From Eledone cirrhosa (taxonomy: Eukaryota): a stretch of DNA of 64,000 bases. The stretch's first letter is position 1. The number at the start of each line of letters is the position of its first letter. The translations under genes and the position numbers were made by a program. A model generated the notes under the pieces. That model was not told the DNA's origin and made no database searches. It was given only the letters and a program-made list of their open reading frames with translations. Below, in pieces: positions 11,560-25,956 of the stretch. The stretch spans positions 240,374,001 to 240,438,000 of the forward strand of contig OZ024742.1 of NCBI GenBank assembly GCA_964016885.1. The letters run 5' to 3'.

Positions 11560-13050
11560 AAACAGGGACAAGTTTGAAGTGGAGAGTATCAGAGATCAGT
11601 ACTAATCCCACTACTCTTTGTAGTTGTGATGAAGGTACTAATCTGACATGTAGAGAAGGATTTACCGTGAATGTTGCTATACACAGATGGCCTGGTGTTA
11701 ATAGCAGATAGTATGGGTAGACTGAAGGAGAAGATAAATAGGTGGAAGGAATGTATCTCTATCTAGGGCGGGTAAAATTCCCAAGATGTTTTTTTAATGG
11801 CTGATAATACCTTACCGGCGCCACTCGAGTAAGGTAATTATTTAACCCATAAACGGAGCCCTAAAAGGTACTACTACTCTGGGCCAGAGCAGACCTGGGA
11901 GTGATAACAACTAAGGGGTAACTCCACATTCCCCCACTGCTCTTGAACTCCCGAACTGGAGCCTTGCCACTAGATGCAGTTTAATGTCATACCCAGGACA
12001 GAAGGGATGTATGGTGGTGAATATTGGAAAGACAATGGTGATGGCAAGTTGTAAAGCATTTGGTGAGATGGAAGGAACAGAAAGGAGACCATCTGCAGTG
12101 TACAGGAAGAGCGTTGGAGTAAAATTCATTAAATGTATGTTATGCACTGGGTGGGCACATTGAAAATGTAGTGGTGTGAAAGGATTATTGCATAATGTGG
12201 CAAATACATTTATCTATAAAGTGTATATGGAGGGAGCTCCAGATGGAAAAAATGCTGGATCTTGGGAATAGTGTGAAGATGGAAAGTATGAAAACGTTTT
12301 GTTTCCTTAGAGACATGTTAAATGAAGAGGGTGGATGACAGTATCTTGAGTGAGATGTGCATAGAAGTCCCAGAAACTGAATGATGTGCTAAATAGGGAG
12401 TTTCACTGAAACTGGTTGAAAGATGTATGCTTCATGTGTGAGATATGCCATGATTTACAGGAGTAATACATAGGGGATGAACAGAGAAGGTTGAAAAGAA
12501 CAGAAATGAGAATGGTTTGGGGAATGAGTGGAATATTGCTGAGAGAGATGAAGACAAATAATGAATTGAAGAGGATGATGGGAATAGTGAGTGATGAATG
12601 TTGTGAAGAGAAATAGAATGAGATGGGTTTGTCATTTGTTGAAGAAAGATGAAAGTGACTGGGTGAAAGGAATGATGGGAGTAGAGCCTGTGTTGGATGT
12701 TTTGGAGAGAATGGAATGAGATGGTTGAGTCATGTTTTGAGGAAGGATGAAAGTGACTGGGTGAGAGGAATAGAGCCAGTGATTAATATTGTAAAGAGAA
12801 ATGGAATGAGATGGTTGGTCATGTGCTGAGGAAATATGAAAGTTACTGGGTGAAAGTTATGATGGAAATGAATGTGGAAGGAAGGAGAAAAAAGAGAAGA
12901 CCAAGAAAGATATGGCTGGGGATGATGGAGAAAGAAATGAAAACAAAGGATTTGTAATGGGGGATACAGACAGTTGAGCAAAATGGAGAATCTTGTTGCC
13001 GGACCCACAAGGCCTCTGCTTTGGCAGAGTAAAACGGCCTTAAAACACTT
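11560..13050 (+). mobile_element. Decayed RTE-clade LINE (RT and C-terminus), interrupted at ~11757-12000 by another repeat
   Basis: Relics SVLIPLLFVVVM, LLYTDGLVLIAD, VVNIGKTMVM, KRTEMRMVWGMSG, RW.GHVLRK and VEGRRKKRRPRK, with many stops and frameshifts. Confidence 0.85.
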
Positions 13051-13374
13051 GAATTTTCTTTCTGACAATTCTTTAATTATAAGTAAGTAAATAAACTATA
13101 TATATTTTTAATTAGAGCTTGATTTTGTGTCATGCTTGATATAGTACTTATATAATTTTTAAAAAATCTAGCTCATATTTGTCAGTTTGGGTCTCTAGTA
13201 ATGGATTACACTACTACTAAAGGGCATGATGCTATTTTTTAATTTAGGCTACTTGCATTTCTAAAAAAATTACCATTTACCCCACATTCCTGTATAATGT
13301 TGACAAATTTCACTGTTATTTTCCTGTGACTTTATAATATTGACAAATTTCTTTACAATGTTGACTTATTTCAG

Positions 13375-13578
13375 TGCCAGTGTCTTATCAATGTCAGTGG
13401 CGATGCTGTCAGTGTGTTATATGGCTTGGAGCTGCCTTTTGAGTTAGCCAATGTGGCCAGTGGTACGCTGAGTGTCAGTCGGGGTGATGTATCTCAAAGT
13501 CAAGTGAGTACTGGCAGTGGTAACAACACCATCTCTACAAATATAAGACTCGTCTCAGATTCGCCTGTCATCTCTTGA
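13375..13578 (+). CDS. C2CD5: C2CD5 terminal coding exon (stop TGA 13576-13578)
   Basis: ttatttcag|TGC, phase 0. CQCLINVSGDAVSVLYGLELPF...SDSPVIS*, containing the C2CD5 signature QCLINVSGDAV. Confidence 0.93.
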   Translation, partial: CQCLINVSGDAVSVLYGLELPFELANVASGTLSVSRGDVSQSQVSTGSGNNTISTNIRLVSDSPVIS

Positions 13579-14587
13579 CACAGTGGAACATGCTAGTAAT
13601 ATATTAACTAAAAAAAAATTAATCATACGAGGAAAATCACCAGTCTAGCCTTGATAAACAAGCATATACATACATACCTACCTATCTACCTACCTAATTC
13701 GAGAGCGTTGCATCATCTTGGAGTCAACAATTGCAGCTGCATCTATCTTTCAAGCTGCTGTTTTTCCTTCATTTGTGAGAATTTATCTCCCCTTTTTCTT
13801 CTTTTTTTTTATCTCATTGTCAAATTGGAAAATTATGTTTCACTAAATTTTTTTCTATTTAAATTTCATTTCAGTTGTTTTGTTTTGTTTTCTTTTTTTG
13901 GCTTTATTTTCTTTTAACACACAAAAAAAAACGTTATTTTCTTTTTATTAATACACGAGAGGTTTTTGAAAAAGTTCTCAGTTAGCAAACTTTTCAGCAT
14001 CTTATATACAAGGGTGTATGTGTGTGTGTGTTGGACTGCCGTCATTTCTAACAATGAGTGTTCCAGCTAATTCAATCAATGAAACTGCCTACTCGTAAAA
14101 TTAACGAGTAAGTAGCTGAGCATGCCACAGACACATGCACCCTTAACATAGTTCTCCGGGAGATTCAGCATGGCACAATGTGCGACAAAGCTGGCCTCCT
14201 CAATTACAGATACAGCTAATTTTTTCCAGCTGAGTGGATGGAGCAATGTGAAATAAAGTGTCTTGATCAAGGATGCAATGTGCTGCTTGCTCCAGAAATC
14301 GGACTCGTGACCTTACAATTGTGAGTCCAGCACCCTAACCATTACACCGTGCATGAAGTACTGAAAATGAAATTGGGGCTGTGGGTTAAGCCAAGAACTT
14401 TTCACCACTTCCTTGTGTATACAGGAGATAGTGAAGATGAAAATATATAGTAAGTTAAGCAGAAAACCTTTTGAAACACTCTTGTATTATACAAGGGGGT
14501 ACTGAAAATGACATGGACGTGGGCATGTGAGTTACTTTTCAGATTAGGATATTGGTTATGCCCAGAAAATGTTATCACCCCCACCCT

Positions 14588-14652
14588 GTATATATATATA
14601 TATGTGTGTGTGTGTGTATACACACACACGTGTGTTGTGTATATGCACTATA

Positions 14653-14697
<45 letters not shown>

Positions 14698-15050
14698 AAA
14701 TATATATATATATATGTGTGTGTGTGTATATGTGTGTGTGTGTATATATGTGTGTGTGTGTGTATATATATATGTGTGTGTGTGTGTGTATATATGTGTG
14801 TGTATATATATATATATGTGTGTGAATATATATATATATGTGTGAATGTATATATATATGTGTGTGTATATATATATATATGTGTGTGTGTGTATATATA
14901 TATATGTGTGAATGTGTATATATATATATATATATGTGTGAATGTGTATATATATATATATATGTGTGTGAATGTGTATATATATATATATATATATATG
15001 TGTGTGAATGTATATATATATATATATGTGTGTGTGTATATACATGTATG

Positions 15051-15081
<31 letters not shown>

Positions 15082-15107
15082 ATATATATTTATATATGTG
15101 TGTGTAT
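14588..15107. repeat. Compound (TA)n/(TG)n microsatellite
   Basis: Directly visible. Similar tracts at 29417-29498 and 52060-52200. Confidence 0.98.
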
Positions 15108-18100
15108 AAGGACTGCTGAAAATGAAATTGGTATCTAGGTTAATCAGAAAACTTTTCATCACACCCTTTGTATATCATTTTATTTAAATATCTTTAAGTC
15201 GTTTGGAATTTATTGTTGTTTTTATTTTCTTGTTCAATTTGAAGTTAAATTTACACCTTCATATTTTAAAACATTCAGTTAGTTTTTCTATCTAGTTAAC
15301 ACTGGTCCCCCCCCCCCCCCCACTAAACCTCCACCTCCATTGTTTTAGTTATTGTTTGTATTGTTGTTGTATGTTTGCTTTTTGTTATATTTGTTTTGTT
15401 TTTGTAGTCCCCCTACCCCCACCCACCCACCAAGACAATAAAAATAGGTACAAGTTATACCAATTATATACTCTGATCAGTTGAATGAAGTACACCACAT
15501 TCAATCAATGCCCCTCCTCCTCCCTCCCCTTAAGATGTGTGTCCTTACACCAATGGAAAAGATTGTTAGAGTGGTGGTGGTGAGGGGGAGATCAAACCAA
15601 ATCTGTAGTTAGTTCTTTAGTCCCCCCCACACACACACATACACACTCAATACCCCCTCCCCTGATCATATGTATCTCTATATTTTTAAAAAGGTATTAA
15701 CAGCACATTTTTTTTCTTTGTTGTTTTGTTTTTTTTTGTTTCCTATATGTCTGTTGTTTTCATTGTTGTTGTTATTAACATCGTTGTTGTTGTTGTTGTT
15801 GTTATTGTTAACATTATCATTCCAGCTCTTTATGTTCTGAGTTTGAATCCCACTAAGGTCAATTTTGACTCTCATTCTTCTAAGGTTGATAAAATATAGT
15901 CCAGTCAAGTAGTGGGGTCGATTTAATCAAGTCCCCTACCTCCCTCCAGGGGTAGGGCTGAAATTTCTGGCCTGTGCCTATGTTAAAAACCATTGATACC
16001 ATTGTTGTTGTCATTGTTAACATTATCTTGTTATTGTTTTGAAGACACATGGCCTAGTGATAAGGGTTTTGAACTCATGATCCCAAAGGTCATCAGTTTG
16101 ATTCCTGGACTAGGTGATACATTCTGACCTTGAGCAAAATACTTTATTTCATATTACTCCCTCTGCCAAGAGTTGTGTCTGGCAGATAGTATCAGTAATG
16201 GAAAGACCAATGGAAATAGTGTTTCTTTGGTCTGATCTAGCGTTTATCACCTTTTTCTTTCATTTTTTGTTGTTGTTGTTGTTAATATTATTGTCATTAT
16301 CATCACAATAGGGTTGGTGCAAAGAAGGGCATCTGGCCGTAAAACATGGCCTTAAAAGGGTTCCCATGTTGAGTATGAAGTCTCTATCACCCCCCCCCCC
16401 CCCCCACACACACACGTCTAACTCTTACTTTAGCAAAGAAAATGGCTTTAAAATGCATGTTGTGTTGTATAGAGAAAGTGTAATGGTAGTTGCAGGAATG
16501 GTAGAACACGGGTAAATGTCAAAAATAATTTAGTTTCATCAGTTCTGAGTTCAAATCCCACCACAGAGTTCACTTACCTTTTTACATCCACTTGGAGGTG
16601 ATAAGAAAAAATATTAACTAGTTAAATCCTGTGATCAATTCAATTTCGAATACCTTCTCTAAATAGTCTTGTAGTGTTGTCAACATCATCATCACCATCA
16701 ATTTTACATCTGCTTTCCATGCTGGTATGGGCTGGATGGGTTGGCATGGTCCAAGGCCAGACAGATTGGAGCAATCCCACATTACTCATACATTCCATAT
16801 TTGGCATGGTTTACCAATAGCCCACCTTTCCTAACACCAACCACTTTACAGAGTGTACTCGGTGTGTCTTTTTGTGGCACCAGCACTGCCACTTTAAAGG
16901 GTGAACTGGGTGTATATTATCATGGCCTCAGCACTTGTGATACAAATAAAAAATAAATGTCATCATTACTATCTCTCTTCCTCAAGGGTAGTGGTTTGGC
17001 AATAGAATCAGTAGAACATCAGACAACATGCTTTGCAACAAGTAGTTATGGCCCTTTATATTTTCATTTTAAATCCCATCAAGGTTAGCTTTACTTTTCA
17101 TCCTTACGGGTTTAATAAGATAAAGTACTAGTAATACACTGGGGTTTATTTAATCAACTTTCTCCCTTCCCTTCAAATGCTGGCCTTGTGCCTAAAGTAG
17201 CTACAATTATTACTATCTCTCAGCTTTTTTTTCTCCATCTGGTTATTACTTACTGAGAGTAAGGTTGGTGGATTAGCAAAATCGGTTGATCATCGGACAA
17301 AACGCTTTGTGGTATTTAGTTATGGTTCTTGGCATTCTGAGTTCAAACCCACGGTTGTGTTGATTTTATTTTCATCTTTTTGTGAGTGGGTGTTGTCAAT
17401 GAAATAAGTAACAGTTAAGTACTGAGTAGAGAAAGATTGATTAGATTGAAATTGTGTGGCCTGGCCTTGTTCAGTAGCCCACTTTATGGATCATTATTCA
17501 TTCCAAGAAAGATATATTAGTGTATATCAACAATCATGATCATTTTCTTTACATCTGCTTTTCCATGCTGGCATGGGCTGGACGAAACTTTTTGGGGGCA
17601 GTATTCTATGGCCAGATCTCTTTTCTTGATACCAACCTATATTTTTAACTACAGTACTTATTCCACTGATCATCACTTGTCAAACTGCTAAGTTGTGGGA
17701 TATATTTTTTATGCAGGATATAAACAAACACTACCAGTTTTTAAGTGGTGAAGACATATGTGGCTACACCCCCTCCCCCCTCCCACACACAGAAAGAAAA
17801 AAATGCACCATTCCTATCTATCAAATTTCACTCACAAGACATTGGTCAACCTGAAATTATAGAAGATATTTATTTGCCCAATGTGTCGTGCAGTGGGATT
17901 GAACCCAGGACCATGTGACTGTAAAGTGAACTTCTTAACTCCACAGTGATGTGTCTACCTGATAATTCTGTGTATTGTACTCCACAGTTGAAATAACAGA
18001 CTTCATTCATATTGCCATGCTATTTAATCCACACTTAATGTTGCTAAAGTTCCTTTTATTAATGTTATAAGGTGTGTGGACCTAGTGGTTGGGATGTTCA

Positions 18101-19340
18101 GCTTCTGATTGAAAGTTCACGAGTTTGATTCCTGACAATGCTGTGTTCTTCAGCAAGACCCTTTAATTCATGTTGTTCCAGTTCACTCAGCTGGAAAAAA
18201 ATTAGTTGTACCTGTAGTTCAAAGTGCTGGCCTTATCACACACTATTAATAAAGAATCATCATCTTTATTGTCATCATCATCATCATTTTATGTTTACTT
18301 TCCATGCTTGCATGGGTCAGAAGGGCTATCACATACTGTGACCAAACAGGTCAGATGACCACAAATTGCTCATATGTTCCATTTTGGCGTGATTTCTACA
18401 TCAGGATGCTCTTTCCAATGCTAACCACTTTACAGAGTGGACTGGGTGCATTTTATCATGACACCAGCACTAGCACTTTACAGAGTGGACTGGGTGCATT
18501 TTATTGTGACACTGCACCAAACATTCATAATAGTAATTATTTATGATATGAAACAATAATGACAATACTTTATGATCATTTTTATATTCAATTTCCAATG
18601 CTAGCATTGGACAAAGCATTTTTTTTTTATTGAGGTAACTTTTTCTATGACCAGATGCCCTTCCTGATGTCAACCCATACTTTATATTTAACTATAGTAT
18701 ATATACTGATCATCTTCATCAAACTGCTACACTGTGGGATGTGTTATGCTAGACATAAATGTCACTACTTGTTTTGAAGATGTACGTAGTGAACTCAAAC
18801 ACACAGATACTCAGACACACACTTATATGACGGGCTTCCTTACTGTTTCCGTCTACCAAATTCACTCACAAGGCATATTTTGTCCAAGACTATAGAAGAC
18901 ACTTGCAACAGTGGAATCAAACCTGATATACATTTGTATTTTCTTTTCCTCTGAAAATAACAGGAGAATTTTAAAGCCATTTTCTCCAGTTAAAGTAGGG
19001 TTAGCTTTCTGGGTGCCATCACGTATTTTATATTAATCATAGGATCCTTTTTGAGGTAATGTTTTACAGCCAGATGTCCATTGTGGCACCAACTCTTTTT
19101 GTGACTTCTTATGATAGACGATGATATAGTGTGTCTATTCTAAACCAGATACACACAGAGTTAATAAAATAAGTACCAGTAATATACACTGATTTTACAT
19201 TAGTACACCATACCAAAATTGGAATTTTAGCTGATTGTCATCAGTTCCCTGCTAGCAAGACCTGGTTTATACTCAAATGGTGCTACTAACCCCTCAGACT
19301 GATCAGATTGGGGGTGGGGGGAATTTTGCTTATATTCCCA

Positions 19341-19582
19341 CACTTTACAGAGTAGTGTATTGAGCACATTTTATCATGGCACCAGCACTAGCACTTTAGA
19401 GAGTGGACTGGGTGCATTTTATCATGACACCAGCACTAGCACTTTACAGAGTGGACAGGGTGCATTTTATCATGGCACCAGCACTAGCACTTTAGAGAGT
19501 GGACTGGGTGCATTTTATCATGACACCAGCACTAGCACTTTACAGAGTGGACAGGGTGCATTTTATCATGGCACCAGCACTA
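19341..19582. repeat. 48-bp minisatellite (5 copies) derived from a SINE internal segment
   Basis: Unit cactttacagagtggactgggtgcattttatcatggcaccagcactag starts at 19392, 19440, 19488 and 19536. Confidence 0.95.
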
Positions 19583-21564
19583 GAGAGGTTGTCATGTCTT
19601 CAATATGACTGAAGAGTCCTCTGGACTTTTTGTTTGGCAAGTTTTCTATGGATGGATCTCCTTCCTATCACCAACCACTTTACAGAGTGTACTTGGTGTG
19701 TTTTATTGTGGCACTAATCTTAGAGAGGTTGTCTTGTCTTTGACACAACTGAAGAATCCTCTCAACCCTTTTTTGAGCAAGTTTTCTCAAAATATGTAAA
19801 AAGAAAAAAAAAATCATTAAACATTGTTGTGTTGTGAACATCTGAGTCTGTCGGCTCATATTTATATCACATATACAGGGTAAACATCTTTAACCTGTAC
19901 TTAGACCCTGTAGCTAACTGTATACCTAGACTTTCCTATATTCACATCACCCAGCTTCCCCCTGTTACCCTTCACTCTATACCCACTCCACACAGTCCCT
20001 CATTAATCCCCATTGTATAACCTCTCCATTCCACCCAGTCCTTTCTATCACCCATCCACTCCATTATATACCCACTCTATACCCTTTGTATATCCATACC
20101 ATCCCTGACTTCCTGCCATCCTTGTTGTGTCTCACCTCCCAGATGCTGCACTCAGCACTTTTGTTTTCCCACTCCTTCTACCCATCAGAAATTTCTTCTC
20201 CCTCTCCCCATCGATCCTCAATCCTCAATTATGGTTCTTCTGCTAGTATCTGCTGAACATCAACCACATCAGTTTCAATAATAGTTGGTGAAAGCTTGAA
20301 AAAGTCATGGTTACTTTGCCCTTCCCTCTTCTTCCTCTCTCCACACTATTTAATTTATATAATAAAAAACATGTCAGATGTGAAAAAAACAACAATCTAA
20401 AGCAATGGGTGATATTTTCAAGTCCAAGGAGCACAAGACATTTTTGTTATTAAGTTTTTTATATAGCCAGATGCCCTTCCTGATGTCAATCCATACTTTA
20501 TTTTTAGGTATGGTATATGCACCAAATGGTGGCAAATTAGCAGTCATTAGAACAGTGGATAGAATGCTTCATGGTATTCATTTCAGCTCTTTTCATTCTG
20601 AGTTCAAATCTTGTCATAGTTCACTTTTGTCATTCTTCTTTTCAAGGTCAATAAATAAAGTACCAGCTCAGTACTGGATTGGTTCTTCCTCTATCTCTCT
20701 TTATCACTGTCTCTTTGTGCTCTGAGTTCAAATTCTATCGAGGTTAACTTTGCCTTTCATCCTTTCAAAGTCAATAAAAAAATATACCAGTTCAATACTG
20801 AGGTGACCCCCCCCCCTCTCTCTCAAACCAGCTATGTTTCGACCTGGGAAGTGATGATCACCACCAGGCTTTAAAATGCCCAGGACACATCATATGTAAT
20901 CAGGGCATTCGTGTAATGTATAATGTGAGAGGAGGAGAGGATTTAATTGACTCAACCCTAACCTTACAAAAAAAGTTAAACTGATCAAAAGAAATCGATG
21001 TCAATTAAAATATTTACTAGCAGCTGATCAAATATAGTGTGTTCTGTAATTAAAAATGTAGTTAACACAAAAAAAAAGGTAATGGGTCCTTAATTTTTAA
21101 AAAATTTTAAGGGCACAGTCTTAACAAGGGGTTTGTCATGGGCGTTTTACACCTGGTGAAGCTAGTCATTCTCCTTGTTGGAACACAGCCAGTTTCTTCT
21201 AGAGAGAGAGAAAGAATCGACCCTAGTAATAGATTGGTACCTTATTTATTCACCTAAAAGTGATTAAAGAGGAAGTTGAACTCTGAGCGCAGTGAGCTAG
21301 AATGAATACCAAGACCTCTAACAACTCTGATCATTTTAGATCATTGACCCCGTCATGGAATCTTTGACCCCCTCCATCAACTCCAGGCATGTACAAAAAT
21401 AAGTAAATAATTTATTTGGTAAACAGAATATAAAATAGACAATAAGGACTAATTATATATAAATCAGAAACCTGTATAAACAAGTTGTATTCTATTGTAT
21501 TATTTTATGTATTTTCATTTTTTATACAAATGTCAGATTTTGGCCTAAAAGTTAAGTCGACCTC

Positions 21565-21790
21565 CTGGATAGTACCATCAAACCCTGGATAGTACCATCA
21601 AACCCTGGATAATACCATCAAACCCTGGATAATACCATCAAACCCTGGATAGTTTCATCAAACCTTGAATAGTTCCATCAACCCTGAGAAGTCCCATCAA
21701 TCTCTTGGATAGTTCTGTCAACACCTGAGAAGTCCCATTAGCCCCTGGATAGTCCTATCAATCCCTTGGTAGTTCTATCAACCCCTGGAG
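21565..21790. repeat. 20-bp minisatellite cctggatagtaccatcaaac, ~11 copies with polar decay
   Basis: First five copies are near-identical and later ones progressively diverge. Confidence 0.92.
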
Positions 21791-22384
21791 GGTTGATATC
21801 AGCCACTTTAGAGAGCTCTCATTTAAATACTGCTTTATATGTGGAACACCAAGCATTTCTGTTGTTGCTGCTGTTGTTGTTTCGCTCCAAGTCAACCCGT
21901 ATTAAGTATACCTATATTCAAAGGCATCTCAGCCATCCCTCTAACAGTGTATCTTGGGTGGAGGTGTGGAACTAAGTGTATATGATGGGTCATTGTAACT
22001 ACATTATAGACATCTGAGAAAGCAATGCACTAGGGCCCTTATGTACAAAATTGCATCATACATAGAATAACATTAGGACCCTATACAACCACAGTATATA
22101 TAGATTAATGTAGGGGCTCTTGGCACCATGGGCCTCTGTGCAAAAGAATGTACTGGAGCCTCTACATGCACAACCATAGCATTCATGGATCAGCATCAGG
22201 CCCCTAAACCCAGTTGGCCCACAGGCAACAGTCCAATCTATGTCTTAAGACAGCACTGGATATGTGATATTGGATTTCATTTTCATAGGTGTGAAATTCA
22301 GATGCAGTGCTAGCATTAGATTTTGTTTCTGTGCACAAGACTTTCTTCTCCATTGAGGCTACCATATACTACAGGTTAAATCTA

Positions 22385-22634
22385 TTAACCCTTTTGATAC
22401 CTAATTGCCTGAAGCCACCATTGGTTTTATAATATAGAGCTGTTTGTTTTAAAATGTTTATAATTATCGAAAAATTTTCTATCATAATTTTATGTAAGAC
22501 CTTTGTTCCAAACATCAGCTTAATAATGAGAAAGTTAGCTATTTTACTAAATCTCTCCAAATTCTGGATTTTCAAAATTATTTGTAAAACATGGGTAATG
22601 TCTTTTATTAGAAATTCAGTATTGAAAAGGTTAA
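22385..22634. mobile_element. TTAA MITE, family 3
   Basis: TTAAcccttttgatacc...tattgaaaaggTTAA. Confidence 0.75.
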
Positions 22635-25600
22635 GCTGATGCTATATCATCATCATTTAACGTTCAGTTTTCCATATTGGCATGGGTTTGGACTGGCCAT
22701 GTCTCACTTACAGTTAGATACTCATCCTAATGCCAATCACTTAACATAGTGTACTTAGGTTCATTTTAATTGTGGTGCCAGCACTAGGAGTGTTGTTATA
22801 TCTATGACATAGCTGAAGAATTCTCTCAACCATTTTTTTAGCATGGTTTCCACAGCTAGTTGCCCTTCTTACACCAACCACATAAATTGATTGAAATTAA
22901 TGAAATACAATAATTTACAACTGTCCAGTCATTGTCATCATTTTATGTCCGTGTTCCATGTTAGCATGGGTTGGAACAGTTGTTACAGTATGAGTCAGTT
23001 CCTATTCAGTGATATTGTCCTCCTCAATGGATTGGAAGGGACCATATCATACTTGTATGTTCCAAATTTTAGCATGGTTTCTACAGCTGGATGCCCTTCT
23101 GAACACCAACCAGTTTACAGAGTGTACTAGGTGCATTCAATTGTGGCACTGTGGCACTAGCACTAAAGAGGTTGGTATCAGTCAAATGGTAAACTAACCC
23201 TTTCTTAACCATATTTCTAATGAAAGACACTGCCTGAGTTTTTCAAATACTATTTTAAAATAATCACCAATTTGGAGGTATTTAGTAATATAACTAACTT
23301 TCTCATTATTAAGCTCATGTTTGGAGCATAACCTAACAAAAGTTTCTACATAAAAATATGATGGAAGTGTTTTAAAGTAAAGTTTTGTATCATAGAACCA
23401 AGGATGGTTTCAGTATCAAAAAGTCTAAGTCTAAAGTCTGTCTCAAGCTCATCAGGTTGGTGCTTATCCCAGTTTCCATGGCATGAAGCAACTGAGAGTA
23501 CAGGATGAAAGTTAAACCCCAGCAACTGCTGGTACTCATTTTCAGTGTTTTGTTCAAAAATACAACATTCAACCCAGGCCAGGAATTGAACACATGATAT
23601 TATGATCACGCTTCCACTGTATCAAAAATGTTAACCTTTATTTTCAACTTGCCCAAGTCTACTTCAAGATTTATGATATAAAACTGCCCATTCTAAAACA
23701 TTATTTAAATTTGAAATGTTGTCCTCTCAACTGCATATCATAATTTTACCTCGGAATATTGTGTTTCGCACACCAGCTGACTAAAAATAAAGTTAGTTAT
23801 TTTACTAAATCTCTCCAAATATTTTTTAAAAATTATATTCAAAATCAATTGGAAATCAGAAGCAGTATATCTCCTCAGAAATATGGTAATGGATATGTTA
23901 AAGGGCATCTTTCTTTTAGTTTCAATCATTAGACTGCGGTCATGCTGGGGCACTGCCTTGAAGAGATTTAATCAATCATATCGACCCCAGTACTTATTTT
24001 TTGCTAGTCTGGTACTTATTTTATTGATCTCATTTTATCAAACTGCTAAGTTACAGAACATAAACAAGCAGTAAATATAAACACAGACACACACTCATAT
24101 ATATACAACGGTCTTCTATACAGTTTCCATCAATTAAATTTCACTTACAAGGCATTGGTCAAGCAAAGGTTATCGTAAAAGATACTTGCCGAAGGTGCCA
24201 TACAGTAGGACTAAAACCTAAACCACATGAACTCCTTAACCCCACATCCATGCCTGCACTCTTATTTTATTTTATTTTATTTTCATTTATTTATTGTATT
24301 GTTTTCTATGTTACATTCCAGGAATTTCATCTTTAGTTCTTTTTATCTACCGTATTTATTTGTGTATAATACAAACCTTGTTTCTGAAGCTAAAAAAATG
24401 GGAATAAATTACATCCTTGTGTATAATATGACCCCTTCCTCAGAGTACAGTAATTTTTATGTACATTTTTTTGTAAATTTGTACCATATTATCCATCAAA
24501 ATCTCAATATCATACATATAATTCACTACAATATTCAGTTTTTCATGACGATAAAGAATGTAAAACAGCTGGTTGTTTAGCATTTTGTCTACAGTAGGGC
24601 TTATTCTACTTCCTGTTTCAAACAAGTTTATAAATTTGGGGCGAATATGTTAACTTGATGTTAAGGTGTTTCTAGTAATTTTCTTTAAGATGTTAATCAA
24701 GCTAATATATATTTTCTGTTTGATATGACTTTATTATTTATTAAATGAGTATTTTTAAGCTCAGTAAAACTTTCTAAAAACGTGTAATCATGTATAATAC
24801 CACCCACTCCCTTTTTTCCTTAATTTTAGTTCAAAATTTGTCATATTATACACGAGAAAATATGGTATTTACATTTTGTTTATTATTATTTTTTTTATTC
24901 ATCTGTGTGTGTTGTGAAGGTATCTATTTCTTAATTTATATATATATTCATACATTCATACATATGTGTGTATATATATATATTCTTTTTTTTTACTCTC
25001 TCAAAAACAACTGTATGTAATCACAGAATTTTAAAACTGTTCTTGTAGGAGAAAATAATTTTCCCACAGCCCCAACACACCCAAGAAAAAAAAAAAGAAT
25101 TTTTTTTTAAATCTGCTGCTGCTGCTGATGATGATGATGGTGATGGTTGGTATTCAGAACGATAGAAAATGGAACCAACAAAATTCTATATATATAGCTT
25201 TTTGAACTTTTATATACCTCTCTTTACTTTTAGAGGCCCACAATCATGGAGACAAACATATTATTTATTATTCATACATACACACACATATACATGTTTG
25301 TTTGTTTGATTTTGCCTATATCTAATCGTGCAGAATCAAACACATATATACGTTCATTCATTTTGTTCTCTTTTTTTTATTTTGCTTAATTTTTTTTTAG
25401 TAATTTCATATTTTAAAGAATTTTCAATTTTTTTAAAAATTGACTAAATTTGTTTTAAAGAATTATTTTTTTTCAATAGGATGAATCGTCAATCTCTTTT
25501 TAAAGAATTATGAATTTTTTTCAAAATGAGTGATCAGTTACTTTTAAAAATTCCTCTTTTTAAAAATGATTTATCAATTTTCTTTCAAGAACATTAATTC

Positions 25601-25956
25601 GTTTTGATTTTTTAAAAGATTTATCAAAGTTTTTATTAATACAATTTATTTCTACATGGTAATTATTGATCTTCAACTATGCTCTAGTGAATCAAAATTT
25701 CCCATTCAACGACTTATCTTTTTATCTAAAATGCAAGAAAATTTTTTCCAGAAGTTAGCAACTGTTCACAAAATACAATAATTACAGTATTTACAAACAA
25801 TGACTTACACAAACCTGTATGAAAACCAAAATGACACTGCAGTTATGTGATATAAAATATGAAATCACAATTTTTTTTCTGTGATTCAGCAAAAATTAAA
25901 AAAAATAACAAAACAAAAAAAATACTGCACCCCTTTGCACCAATATCATTATTTAT

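Noticed and set aside
14508-15162. ORFs rich in Y/I/C/V or H/T
   Set aside because: Translations of (TA)n/(TG)n microsatellite.
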